A stretch of DNA of 64,000 nt, taken from the NCBI GenBank assembly GCA_021847575.1, contig JAJZQO010000001.1, positions 31,415 to 95,414 on the forward strand. The letters run 5' to 3'. The DNA is from Bacillota bacterium (GTDB lineage: Bacteria > Bacillota > Sulfobacillia > JAJZYS01 > JAJYTV01). Positions 18,937-28,254 of the stretch are shown piece by piece; within the stretch, counting starts at the first letter, position 1; every line of letters begins with the position of its first letter. Made by a program: the position numbers and the translations under genes. The notes under the pieces were generated by a model that saw nothing but the letters and a program-made list of their open reading frames with translations, was not told where the DNA came from and did not search any database.

Positions 18937-19379
18937 GAGCTCTGCAAAGGGCCTGGCCGCTTGCGCTCGGCCTGCTCGTCGCGATCGACCTCCTGGGACC
19001 GCTCGCCTTCGGCGCGGCGGCGCCGCCACTCGCGCTCCACCACCTGGAGCACGCCTTCCTGCTCGTATCCGGCGGCCTCTTCGCAATGGCCTACGTGCGC
19101 CGGCGCCCGAAGCCCTACGGCGATCCGCTCTGGATCCTGGCCGTCATCGGGCTCGGCACGCTCTCGCTCGTCTTGATGCTGCCGGACGTGTACGGCATCG
19201 TGGACGCCGAGCCTGTCCTCCATACCCTCCTCCACGTCGGGTTCCTGGTTATCGGCTGGCTTGGCGGATACGCCGCGGAGCGCTACGCCCCGAAGCTCGG
19301 CTTCGGCTGGCAACTGCTGGTCATCGTGATGGGCGTCATCACCGCCACGGGCTTTGGCTCTGGGCCGCCTGTCGCCTGA
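18933..19379 (+). CDS. Small integral membrane protein (four predicted TM) translationally coupled to oxidase subunit I. Possible accessory subunit or assembly protein.
   Basis: GTG start overlaps the subunit I stop (GTGA). Hydrophobic 148-aa product with no family match recognised. Confidence 0.45.
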   Translation: MRALQRAWPLALGLLVAIDLLGPLAFGAAAPPLALHHLEHAFLLVSGGLFAMAYVRRRPKPYGDPLWILAVIGLGTLSLVLMLPDVYGIVDAEPVLHTLLHVGFLVIGWLGGYAAERYAPKLGFGWQLLVIVMGVITATGFGSGPPVA

Positions 19380-19492
19380 GCCGAAGCATCGCATCGCCCG
19401 CTTTGGGTCACGATGTCACAGCCTTGGTGCACCATCGGTCACATGGCACGCCCGGACGGCGTGCCATGCTCTCGTCAGGGGAGGGGAAGCGA

Positions 19493-20671
19493 GTGATCCG
19501 CGATGTGACGAACGACGCCGAAGCGCGGATGCTGCGGGAGGTCGCCCATGAATTCGCCGTGCGCAACTTGCGCGCGGCGGGCGAAGAAGCGGACCGGACG
19601 GGCGAGACGCCCTGGCAGGCGGTGCGCGCGGCTGGCGAGATCGGCCTCTTGGCGGCCAACGTGCCTGCGTCCCACGGCGGGCCGGCCGTCCGCCCGACGG
19701 CGATGGCCGCAGTGATGGAGGAGCTCGGCTGGGGGAACTTCGGCATCGCAGCGACGATCGGTGCCGCTTCGCTCGTGGCCGAGGCCTTGATCCGCGAGGG
19801 CAGCGAGGAGCAGAAGCGGCGCTATCTCAGCCACCTCTGCGACGCAGAAAACCCGTGGGTCGGGGCCTTCGCCCTCACAGAGCCGGAGTCCGGCTCGGAG
19901 CTCGAGATCTCCCTGCCCGGGGCATCGCAGCACCTCGCCAGCTTCGCCGAGCGCACCCAGGACGGGTATCGCCTGCAGGGTGCGAAACGCTTCATCACCA
20001 ACGGCGGCAGGGCAGATCTGACGCTTCTCCTCGCCCGCAGCGGTCCCGAAAGGGACGGCGAGGGCTGGAGCCTCTTCCTGCTCGAGAAGGACACGGCCGG
20101 CCTGAAGGCGGGGCGGCAGATCCCCACCATGGGTCTGCGCGGTTCCTATACCGGGGAACTCTTGCTCGAGAACTGCGAGGTGCCCGAGGGGGCCAGACTA
20201 GGCAAGCCGGGCGACGGGCTCAGGATCGTGCTCGAGGTGCTGCAGGTTGCCCGCACCATGATCGCGTCGGCCGCGGTCGGGCTCGCACGGGCTGCGTTCG
20301 AGGCGGCGCGGGCCTACACGCTAGAGCGCAGGCAGTTCGGTCGGCCGATCCGCGAGCACCAGCTGGTCTCGGGTTCGCTCGCGCGGATGCGTCTCGACAT
20401 CGATGCCGCGCGCCTTCTGGTGCAGCGGGCGGCCCTGGATCTCGAAGCCGGGCGCGACGCCGCACTGAGCGCGGCGGAGGCCAAGCTCTTCGCGAGCGAG
20501 ATGGCGGTGCGCGTGACGCAGGATGCCCTGCAACTCCACGGCGGCTACGGCTTCACGCGGGAGCTGCCGCTCGAGATGTGGGTGCGCGACGCCATCGTCA
20601 GCCGCATCTTCTTCGGGACGAGCGAGATGCAGGTCCTCGAGATCGCGCACGGGGTCGACCGGGACTTCTAG
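19493..20671 (+). CDS. Acyl-CoA dehydrogenase.
   Basis: ...FALTEPESGSE...RFITNGG... and the C-terminal ...GGYGFTRELPLEMWVRDAIVSRIFFGTSEMQ. GTG at 19493 with a GGGGAGGGGA RBS; the track ORF is N-extended through the upstream gene. 392 aa. Confidence 0.75.
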   Translation: MIRDVTNDAEARMLREVAHEFAVRNLRAAGEEADRTGETPWQAVRAAGEIGLLAANVPASHGGPAVRPTAMAAVMEELGWGNFGIAATIGAASLVAEALIREGSEEQKRRYLSHLCDAENPWVGAFALTEPESGSELEISLPGASQHLASFAERTQDGYRLQGAKRFITNGGRADLTLLLARSGPERDGEGWSLFLLEKDTAGLKAGRQIPTMGLRGSYTGELLLENCEVPEGARLGKPGDGLRIVLEVLQVARTMIASAAVGLARAAFEAARAYTLERRQFGRPIREHQLVSGSLARMRLDIDAARLLVQRAALDLEAGRDAALSAAEAKLFASEMAVRVTQDALQLHGGYGFTRELPLEMWVRDAIVSRIFFGTSEMQVLEIAHGVDRDF

Positions 20672-20749
20672 CGCCAGGGCGAAGCCCCGCGGGCGGCGGC
20701 GAAAGCGCCCAGGGCCAACGGCCCGAAAACATATGGGAAGGTGAGATGG

Positions 20750-21208
20750 ATGGACCAGAACGAACGGGCGATCGCTAAGATCCGGACGCATCACGCGGCC
20801 TTGCTCCAGGGTCTTCGCGAGCGCTGCGAAGGGCTGCTCGGGGCGGCCGCGGCAGGCGGCGCGACGCAGGAGCCGCAAGGCGAGCTGCTCATGTACCTGA
20901 ACGGCGAGATCGTGCCGCACGCCGAGGCGGAGGAGGCCACGATCTACAAGCGCGGCCTTGAGGTGCCGGAGCTTGTCCTGCTGATCCAGGCGATGGTCGC
21001 CGAGCACGAACGCCTCCGCTCCCTGACAGGTGCCCTCAGGGCGGCCAGGCCGGCTGTGTCCGCGGCGGCGCTCGGGCTCGCCATCACGGAGCTTTTCGCG
21101 GTGCACGCCGACAAGGAGAACGACCTCCTGCTGCCAAGGCTGGCGCGCGAACCTGGCGTGAGCCTCCACGAGCTTCTGGGGGACATGCACGCCAAGCTGG
21201 AAGGCTGA
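20750..21208 (+). CDS. Hemerythrin-like (HHE cation-binding) domain protein.
   Basis: H...HxxxE-type spacing: THHAALL, IVPHAEAEE, AEHERL, AVHADKEND. AAGGTGAG RBS 5 nt upstream of the ATG. 152 aa. Confidence 0.5.
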   Translation: MDQNERAIAKIRTHHAALLQGLRERCEGLLGAAAAGGATQEPQGELLMYLNGEIVPHAEAEEATIYKRGLEVPELVLLIQAMVAEHERLRSLTGALRAARPAVSAAALGLAITELFAVHADKENDLLLPRLAREPGVSLHELLGDMHAKLEG

Positions 21209-21317
21209 CGGTCTCGGCGAGGGCTTGGGATCTGCCCCGCGGAATCGTGCATCAGAGAGCCGGCGTGCCGGGCCTCGCCTGCGCGCAGTCACCGTCTTTT
21301 TGGGGAGGGGATTCGCC

Positions 21318-21776
21318 GTGGAAGCGAGGATCGATTACCGTACTGCGGCGCCTTTGGCGCTCAAAGCCATGCTGGGACTCGAGGAGTACGTGCGGGGAAG
21401 CGAGCTCGAGCCGGCGCTGCTTGAGCTCGTGCGCACGCGCGCGTCACAGCTGAACCGCTGCGGCTACTGCCTCGACATGCACACGAAGGACGCCCGCGCA
21501 GGTGGCGAGACGGAGCAGCGCCTCTATGCCCTGAGCGCCTGGCGCGAGACGCCTTTCTACTCGCCGCGCGAGCGTGCGGCGCTGGCCTGGACAGAGGCGC
21601 TCACGCTGATCTCGCAGGATCCCGTGTCGGACGAACTCTACGCCGAGGTACGCGCCGAGTTCGGCGAGAAGGAGCTTGTCGATCTCACGATGGCCATCGT
21701 CGCGATCAACGGTTGGAACCGCCTGGCCGTCGGCATGCGCACCGTGCCGGGCAGCTACCGGCGCAGGGATGGCTAG
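21318..21776 (+). CDS. Carboxymuconolactone decarboxylase family protein (AhpD-like core).
   Basis: ...RASQLNRCGYCLDMHTKDA... (the CxxC..H motif of the AhpD/CMD family). GTG start after GGGGAGGGG. 152 aa. Confidence 0.65.
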   Translation: MEARIDYRTAAPLALKAMLGLEEYVRGSELEPALLELVRTRASQLNRCGYCLDMHTKDARAGGETEQRLYALSAWRETPFYSPRERAALAWTEALTLISQDPVSDELYAEVRAEFGEKELVDLTMAIVAINGWNRLAVGMRTVPGSYRRRDG

Positions 21777-21789
21777 GGGGCGGCGGAGC

Positions 21790-22230
21790 ATGTCCGAGGA
21801 TCTCGACTTCCGCATACAGGTGCGCTGGTCCGGCAGCGGGCGAAGCGGCCTCGGCACCATCTCCTCGGGCGGGCAGAGCATCACCTACTCGGCCCCGGCC
21901 GCCATGGGCGGACGGGGCACAGGCACAAGTCCCGAGGAACTCCTGATCGCCGCGGTCGGCTCATGCTACAGCGGTACCCTGGCGCGCATCCTGCAACAGC
22001 GCGGCCTGCCTGTGGACCGGCTCGACCTTGGCGCAAGCGGCGTTGTCACTGGCTACCCGGGCGACACCCGCTTCGCGCGCATCGTTGTCGAGCCATCCAT
22101 CGAGGGCGGCGACAACTCGCGCGTGCAGGAGTACCAGGAAGCCGCCGAGGCTGCCTGCAGGCGCTGCTTCATCGGCGGAACGCTCAAGGAGACAATCGAG
22201 TACACCGTAGGCGAGGTCCGCGTTTCCTGA
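21790..22230 (+). CDS. OsmC/Ohr-family peroxiredoxin-like protein.
   Basis: MSEDLDFRIQVRWSG...ELLIAAVGSCYSGTLA...RRCFIGGTLKE, the two-cysteine OsmC pattern. 146 aa. The ATG is chosen downstream of the upstream gene. Confidence 0.65.
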   Translation: MSEDLDFRIQVRWSGSGRSGLGTISSGGQSITYSAPAAMGGRGTGTSPEELLIAAVGSCYSGTLARILQQRGLPVDRLDLGASGVVTGYPGDTRFARIVVEPSIEGGDNSRVQEYQEAAEAACRRCFIGGTLKETIEYTVGEVRVS

Positions 22231-22266
22231 AGGCCCGGCATCCAGCGCGGAGGCCCTCCGTCGGGA

Positions 22267-23361
22267 TCAGGCATGGGGCAGCCGTATCCACCGGACGCCG
22301 GCCGGCGTGACGTAGGTCAGGAGGTCGCCGTAGAGCTCAGGCATGAAGCCCGGGATCCGATAGAGCTGGTCGGTGCGCAGGTCGAGCAGCTCGGACCGCT
22401 GTGCCCACCAGCTGATGTAGCCGTTGCCGATGCTCGGGTTCGAGGGATAGTCTCCCGGCGCGGTGATTCTGATCATCGTGCGGTCCTCGCGCAGATAGAG
22501 TCCCTCGTCGACGCCGAAGTCCTCGGTGAAGGCGAGGCCACCAGGTCCCCGCACCACCGACGTGAGCACCCCGGAAGTGCGCCAGAGCGTGTGCGGTTTC
22601 CCGCCGGTCAGCGGGACCGACACGATCTCGCCCTGCACAGGGTCGGCGGGATCGGCCGGCTTGATTGCGAGGTAGGCGTGGCTCTTGCCCGTGTCGAGCG
22701 CGATCACGTCGAGCGAGGAACGATCGCTCGCCTTGCGGTACAGGTCCCGGCACGCGTAAGTCCGGAGGTCGCAGGCGACGACACTCGTCAGATCGTTGCC
22801 GCCCTCGGTGCGCGTATTCAGGAAGATCAACTCGTGCCCGACGAAGTGGAACGAGGTATCGATGCTGCCACGGTCTTCTGGCGGCAGGCGGAGCAACCTC
22901 GCCGGACCTCCCGAAAGCGGCTCAAGTTGCACGGGAGCGTCGCGCGGACCGGACTCCGGCCCCACCTGGAAGGCGACGCCGTCCAGACCCACCGCCGCCG
23001 AGGTGGCGATGTCGCGATGCTTACCTGGAGAGATCGAAACGATCAGGCCTTCACTGCCCGTCGCCGGCTCGCCGAAGTAGAGCCCGTCCGCCGGACCATT
23101 CCGGCTTGGCAGGACGCTCAGGAGCACGCCCTTGCCAGGCAGGTATCCCGCAGCCGCCTGGCCGACGCCCGCAAAGAGCCCCTTGGGCCAGGCGGAGGGC
23201 AGGTTTTGCGGCCTGAGCGCGCGGTAGAGATTGATGACGTCCGCGGGCGGCGCAGGTCCTGCGGAGGGCAGAAAGGTCGGTTCGGGATAGGTTTTGCAGC
23301 CGCTGAGCAGGAGGCCGAGCATGGCGGTCAGCGCGAGCCGCGGCAGGATGCCCCGCGTCAT
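22267..23361 (-). CDS. Lipoprotein of unknown function (lipobox LLSGC); likely beta-rich extracytoplasmic protein.
   Basis: MTRGILPRLALTAMLGLLLSGC signal peptide plus lipobox. GGGAGGTG RBS 8 nt upstream of the ATG at 23361; the track start further upstream was rejected. 365 aa. Confidence 0.55.
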   Translation of the reverse strand: MTRGILPRLALTAMLGLLLSGCKTYPEPTFLPSAGPAPPADVINLYRALRPQNLPSAWPKGLFAGVGQAAAGYLPGKGVLLSVLPSRNGPADGLYFGEPATGSEGLIVSISPGKHRDIATSAAVGLDGVAFQVGPESGPRDAPVQLEPLSGGPARLLRLPPEDRGSIDTSFHFVGHELIFLNTRTEGGNDLTSVVACDLRTYACRDLYRKASDRSSLDVIALDTGKSHAYLAIKPADPADPVQGEIVSVPLTGGKPHTLWRTSGVLTSVVRGPGGLAFTEDFGVDEGLYLREDRTMIRITAPGDYPSNPSIGNGYISWWAQRSELLDLRTDQLYRIPGFMPELYGDLLTYVTPAGVRWIRLPHA

Positions 23362-23929
23362 GGCGATGGCACCTCCCTTGCAACCGCACTTTAGCATCTC
23401 GCATGGCCATCGCGAGGGAACTGGATCACACCGAAGAAGGTCATACGGACATCGGTTTGACTGCAAGATCGGAAGCGACCTTGCCGAGGTTGCAACGCAG
23501 GCAGCGTGTCGCCGAGACGTTGCAGTGCTGTCCATGCCGCACTTCCGCCGTGCAGACGGAAGCGGGAGGACCCGCCGGAGACTACCGGCGCATGATGGCG
23601 CGGATCAAGGCCTTCAGCCATTCCGGACCGCGGCGCGGCGCGGCATCGACATCGTCGGGAGCCACCAGCTCCTGCTTTTCGCGCTGCCTCTGTTCCAGCA
23701 GGAGCTCTTCCGCCTGCAGCGTGTCGAATTCACGGGACCTGTCGAAGCCGGTCATCCGGATCACCTCGTCCCGGACGGCGCCACGCCGCCCCTCTTTGGC
23801 CAGAGGATAGATGGAGCCGCCAGGAGTTGCAAGTTTCCCGGCGCCGGGGAGCGTGTGGCCGCAAGGTGGTCGTATCCTGGTGCCGCAGGACATCTCGTGC
23901 TACGTTCATTGCGGGAAGGGGTGCAGTCG

Positions 23930-24628
23930 TTGGTCCATCCGCAGGCTCCCGCGGCATCGGCCGCCCTGGCCGAGGTGACGCCGTTTGCCGAACTGCCCGG
24001 GGCGACGCTGGCCCGGCTTGCCGATATCACGAGCATCCGGCGCTATCGCAAGGACATGTACATATTCGGCGAGGGCGAGCCGGCGGAGATGCTCTGCTTC
24101 GTGCACCGCGGCGTCGTGAAGGTGTTCAAGACCACGTCGGACGGCCAGGAGCAGACGCTGCACCTCTTGCAGCAGAACGAACTCTTCGCCGTGACGGGGT
24201 TTGTCGTCGGGGGCATCTACCCGGGCACGGCGCAGACGCTCGAGGACAGCTGGGTCGGCTGCATCCGCAACCAGGCCCTGCGCGGGCTGGCGCAGAGCGA
24301 TGTCTCGCTCGCATGGTCCCTGCTCGCCTTTTTCGCACGCCGCCTCACCGGCACCTCGCAGCAGGTGCTGGACCTCGGCACGCGCGACACGGCGGGACGA
24401 CTTGCGGCCGCGCTCTTGCAACTCGCCGGGGTCCGGGACCGCAGCATGGGCAAGCACGTCAGGGTGGGGCTGCAGGTGACGCATCGGGAACTCGCGCAGC
24501 TCATAGGCGCGTCGCGCGAGACGGTGACGCGCCTCCTGGGCGAGTTCCGCCAGGAGGGCAGCATCTTCGTCGATGCGGACGGCCATCTCGAGATCACGCC
24601 CGAACTTCTGCAGAGCCGGCTCGATTAG
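23930..24628 (+). CDS. Crp/Fnr-family transcriptional regulator (cNMP-binding domain plus C-terminal HTH).
   Basis: ...YRKDMYIFGEGEPAEMLCFVHRGVVKV... (effector domain) and ...THRELAQLIGASRETVTRLLGEF... (HTH). TTG at 23930 gives the 232 aa typical of the family. Confidence 0.7.
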   Translation: MVHPQAPAASAALAEVTPFAELPGATLARLADITSIRRYRKDMYIFGEGEPAEMLCFVHRGVVKVFKTTSDGQEQTLHLLQQNELFAVTGFVVGGIYPGTAQTLEDSWVGCIRNQALRGLAQSDVSLAWSLLAFFARRLTGTSQQVLDLGTRDTAGRLAAALLQLAGVRDRSMGKHVRVGLQVTHRELAQLIGASRETVTRLLGEFRQEGSIFVDADGHLEITPELLQSRLD

Positions 24629-24634
24629 CGGCTT

Positions 24635-24946
24635 TCAGCCCATGCCGAGCTCCTCGCGCGCGTAATCGTTCATCATGCGCGGATCCCAGGGCGGGGAGAA
24701 GACCAGTTGCACCCGCACGTCGCTGACCCCGAGCGGCAGCATCGCGCGCTCGATCGAGCGTCCGATGATCGCGTGCAGGGGGCAGCCGGGCGTCGTCAAA
24801 GTCATTGTGACGTCGACGACGCCGTCGTCCGTCACGTCGAGGCTGTAGACGAGGCCGAGCGAGACGATGTCGACGCCGAGCTCGGGGTCCATGACTTCGC
24901 GCAGGACGTCGACCACCTCGGCCTTGGTCGGTGCCGGGCCGGTCAT
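24635..24946 (-). CDS. DUF59 / MIP18-family Fe-S cluster assembly protein (SufT/PaaD-like).
   Basis: ...VVDVLREVMDPELGVDIVSLGLVY...TMTLTTPGCPL... 103 aa. Confidence 0.7.
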   Translation of the reverse strand: MTGPAPTKAEVVDVLREVMDPELGVDIVSLGLVYSLDVTDDGVVDVTMTLTTPGCPLHAIIGRSIERAMLPLGVSDVRVQLVFSPPWDPRMMNDYAREELGMG

Positions 24947-25179
24947 GAGCCCGGGGTCCGCGTGAAGCGCACGCGGTAGTCGCCGCCGCCGAGCGACTCG
25001 GTCGTGTGGCTGAAGCCCTTCGCGCCGAGAACACCGAAAAGAGGCACCGGCTCGAACGGCGCCAACAGGACGAGCTCCTCGTCCACCTCGAGTTCCGCCA
25101 CAGCCTGCATGATATCGTCAAAGGGTTCGCCACCGGCCCGGATCGTCGCGCGGACGTCGAGCAGGCGTTCCTTCGCCAT
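24943..25179 (-). CDS. DUF2249 domain protein.
   Basis: MAKERLLDVRATIRAGGEPFDDIMQAVAELEVDEELVLLAPFEPVPLFGVLGAKGF... GGAGGTG RBS 5 nt upstream. The stop overlaps the DUF59 start (ATGA). Confidence 0.55.
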   Translation of the reverse strand: MAKERLLDVRATIRAGGEPFDDIMQAVAELEVDEELVLLAPFEPVPLFGVLGAKGFSHTTESLGGGDYRVRFTRTPGS

Positions 25180-25342
25180 TTCGCCACCTCCGCTCGGAGT
25201 CTTGCGAATCTGCCCTGAGACTAGTCGGCCGACGGTGCGTGGATTGTGTCCTGCGACACCAAGACGCGGCTCGTCCGTCACAGCACGCCAGGGCCGGGCA
25301 CGCTACGCTCGTGGCGATCGAGTTCGCGAAGGAGGGTATAGC

Positions 25343-25579
25343 ATGCCTGGTGACCAGACCCTTGACGTGCGCCAGATGGCTCCCGCGCAACGCCATGGCA
25401 CGATTTTCAGCATGTTCGATCAGTTGAAGCCGGGTCAAGGCTTCGAGCTTGTCAACGACCACGACCCCAAGCCTCTCTACTACCAGTTCTCTGCCGAGCA
25501 TGCCGGACAGTTCGAGTGGTCGTATCTCGAGCAGGGTCCGGAAGTCTGGCGGGTGCGCATCGGCCGCACGCAGAACTAG
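25343..25579 (+). CDS. DUF2249 domain protein, second copy, divergent from the first.
   Basis: MPGDQTLDVRQMAPAQRHGTIFSMFDQLKPGQGFELVNDHDPKPLYYQF..., the same architecture as 24943-25179. GGAGGG RBS 6 nt upstream. Confidence 0.55.
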   Translation: MPGDQTLDVRQMAPAQRHGTIFSMFDQLKPGQGFELVNDHDPKPLYYQFSAEHAGQFEWSYLEQGPEVWRVRIGRTQN

Positions 25580-25582
25580 ACT

Positions 25583-26842
25583 ATGCTGCCGATGGCGCCG
25601 GGCGGCGCCGATGTGCGACTGCCGCTCGCGCATCTTGCCTTCGGCCTTCTGGCGAGCGTGGTGCTGGCGGCGTGCCTGCTCGAGCCCGGCTGGGCCACAT
25701 ACGGTCTGCCGGGCTCGACGTCGACCGTCGTGCTGACGCATCTTTTCACGCTCGGCTGGGTGACGGCCACCACGATGGGGGCGATGCTGATGATCGTGCC
25801 GGTGGCCGGCGTGGCCAAAGTGCCGGCGGGACGGTTTGCGCTGCTCGTCCCAGGCGCGACTTTGCCCGGCATCGTGCTGATGCTCCTCGGTTTCGGCCTG
25901 GGCCTGAATTCGCTCCTGGCCGTGGGCGGCAGCCTTGTCGTGATCGGCGTGCTGGCCTTCTACCTGATCCTCTGGCGCACGGTGGCGGGGGTGACCGTAC
26001 CGTCCCCGACCCCCGCCGGAGCGCTCATCGCATCCTCCTTTCTCGTGCTTACCGTCCTGCTCGGCCTGACCGAGGCCCTGAACCTGAGCTACGGCTTCTG
26101 GCAGTTCCCCTTCATGCGTTTCCTGGCGCTCCACGCAGCCCTTGGCGGCTTCGGCTGGGTCGCGTTCGCCATACTCGCTGTAAGCTACAAGCTGGTCGCG
26201 ATGTTCACCCTGTCGCACGAGCACGAACGCTATCCCAAGGCCGTCTTCGCGCTTTGGGGCCTGGCTGTGCTCTGGGCGGGCGCCATGGCGATCTGGGGCA
26301 CCGACGCCCTCGCGGCGCTGGCCGCGCTGCCGGCGCTCGCCGCCTACGCCCTCTTTATCGCGGACATGCGCCTGCTGCTTTCGGCCAGGCAGCGACCGAT
26401 CGAGCCGGGCATCCAGCAGGCGATCGTGAGCTGGATCGTGCTCGGCATCCTTCTGGTTGCCATTCCGCTGCAGCTTCTCGGCGTCTTCCAGGTCTCGATC
26501 TTCGCCTTCGCCTGGCTTTTCGTCTTCGGCTTTGCCGGGGCGAACCTCTGGGGCTTCCTGTTCAAGATAGCGCCGTTTCTCATCTGGTTTCACAGCTACG
26601 CCGAACTCGCCCCGGGCAGGCGGGCGCCGAAGCTGACCGAAATGGTCGGTCCCAGGTACCTGCGTGCCGGTAGCTGGCTGCTTTACCCTGCGATCCCGCT
26701 CGGCGCGATCGGCCTCGCGGCAGGGTATCCGCTCGCCGTTCAGGCGGCAGACCTGCTCGCGCTCCTCGCCGCTCTCGCCTTCGCCGCGTCGGGCTGGCGC
26801 CTTACGGTCCACTATCTCGGCCGGGCGCAGGCGGGCCGGTGA
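25583..26842 (+). CDS. Polytopic membrane protein of about 12 TM and unknown family. NnrS-like (NO-response heme-copper membrane protein) is suggested by context only.
   Basis: 419 aa, hydrophobic throughout. Conserved-looking His/Trp positions: THLFTLGW, LHAALGGFGW, SHEHERYPK, WFHSY. Begins 4 nt after the DUF2249 stop. Confidence 0.5.
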   Translation: MLPMAPGGADVRLPLAHLAFGLLASVVLAACLLEPGWATYGLPGSTSTVVLTHLFTLGWVTATTMGAMLMIVPVAGVAKVPAGRFALLVPGATLPGIVLMLLGFGLGLNSLLAVGGSLVVIGVLAFYLILWRTVAGVTVPSPTPAGALIASSFLVLTVLLGLTEALNLSYGFWQFPFMRFLALHAALGGFGWVAFAILAVSYKLVAMFTLSHEHERYPKAVFALWGLAVLWAGAMAIWGTDALAALAALPALAAYALFIADMRLLLSARQRPIEPGIQQAIVSWIVLGILLVAIPLQLLGVFQVSIFAFAWLFVFGFAGANLWGFLFKIAPFLIWFHSYAELAPGRRAPKLTEMVGPRYLRAGSWLLYPAIPLGAIGLAAGYPLAVQAADLLALLAALAFAASGWRLTVHYLGRAQAGR

Positions 26843-28041
26843 ACAGCTCGCCCCTGATCGTCACGCCGCGCACCGCGCCGCCGCCGCACGTCGTGCTGCG
26901 CCCGATCGCGGCAGGCCTGGGGGCGCTGATTCTCGCGGGGAGCTGGGTGGCATGGCTTGGCCTGCCGACGGGCACTCCGCTCCTCTCGCTCATCCACCTG
27001 GGCTTTGTCGCAGGTCTCCTCACCTTGGCGAGCGCCGCCGCGACCCAGCTCGGAGCGGCGACCACAGGCCAGTCCCATCCGCGGCCGGGGCTGCTCGGCG
27101 GCTTCGCACTCGGGGTTCCGGCCGGGGGCGCGCTGCTCAGCGCGGGCTTCGCATTTGGCGCGCCAGTCCTTCTGGCCATAGGCGGGGCCTTGGCCTTCAC
27201 GGGCGTTGCCTTTGTCTTCGGCCACGCGCTGCGCCGGATCGGACGAAGCGGGTCCCTGCGCCCGCTTCACGTCGGCCTCCTGCTCGGCCTCGTCGGCTTC
27301 CTGGCTGCGGCCGCCATGGGGTTTGCAATGGCGCTGGGCCTCACCCTCGGACACCCGTCGCTCCTCGGGCTCCTGCCCTGGCACCTCGCACTCGCCCTCG
27401 GCGCCGGCTTCGGTGCCTTGCTCGCGGGCGTCTCGTGGCAGCTTCTGCCGATGTTCGGGCGTGCCCGCCAGGTGCAGGGTCCACTCGGCTATTTGCCGGC
27501 TGGGGCGTTCGCCGCGGCGGCCTTGCTCGGCGCCATCGCCTGGGGGCGGATCGGCATTGGGGCTGCGTGGCTCCTGGCGATTGCGGCGGCCATACACCTT
27601 GCGATCACCGTGTGGTCCCTGGCGCGCGGCGCAGGCGCAAAACTGCCGCCCTTCACAGGGCTCGCCCATCTCGCATCCGCCGCACTGCTCTGCCTGGCCA
27701 CGCTGCTCTTCGTCAGGGGTCTCTACGGCGACGCGCTGCTGGCCGCGTTCGGCGGCTACACCATCGCGATCCTGGGCTATCTCGAGCGCATCCTGCCCTT
27801 CATCGTGTTCGAGGCCCACCTCAACCGCCGCACCGGGCGGACGAAGGTACCGAAGCTGCAGGACATCCTGCCCGCTAAAGGCCGCCATGTCCTGCTTGCC
27901 GCATACCTCGCGGCACTCGTGCTGGCTTTGGCCTCCAGCTGGGGGGTCCGTCTCTTCGGCGTCGCCCTTGCTCTCATGGCCCTGCGCCTCCTTCTTGCCC
28001 TGCGGAACCTACCGCCAGGCACTTCAGGATCCGCAGAATGA
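26839..28041 (+). CDS. Paralogue of the preceding polytopic membrane protein.
   Basis: Start overlaps the upstream stop (GTGA). Aligned segments: HLALALGAGFGALLAGVSWQLLPMF versus HAALGGFGWVAFAILAVSYKLVAMF, and ILPFIVFEAHLNRRTGRTKVPKL versus IAPFLIWFHSYAELAPGRRAPKL. Confidence 0.5.
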   Translation: MNSSPLIVTPRTAPPPHVVLRPIAAGLGALILAGSWVAWLGLPTGTPLLSLIHLGFVAGLLTLASAAATQLGAATTGQSHPRPGLLGGFALGVPAGGALLSAGFAFGAPVLLAIGGALAFTGVAFVFGHALRRIGRSGSLRPLHVGLLLGLVGFLAAAAMGFAMALGLTLGHPSLLGLLPWHLALALGAGFGALLAGVSWQLLPMFGRARQVQGPLGYLPAGAFAAAALLGAIAWGRIGIGAAWLLAIAAAIHLAITVWSLARGAGAKLPPFTGLAHLASAALLCLATLLFVRGLYGDALLAAFGGYTIAILGYLERILPFIVFEAHLNRRTGRTKVPKLQDILPAKGRHVLLAAYLAALVLALASSWGVRLFGVALALMALRLLLALRNLPPGTSGSAE

Positions 28042-28254
28042 AGACCGCAATATTTACGGTTTGGCAAGGCAAAGAGGGATAGGTTACCTGTGATGGTGCC
28101 CCATGGGGACTGCTTTAGGTTCTTCGGCTCTTCATGATAAAAGGAACTTTCCGACCGAGGGCGAACTCTCGCATCTGTATTTTCTACTTCCTGTCTCGTT
28201 ATCGGAATGAGGGGCCATCGCAGTTGCGGGGGGGCGAACTGCTTCTTTCCCCAC

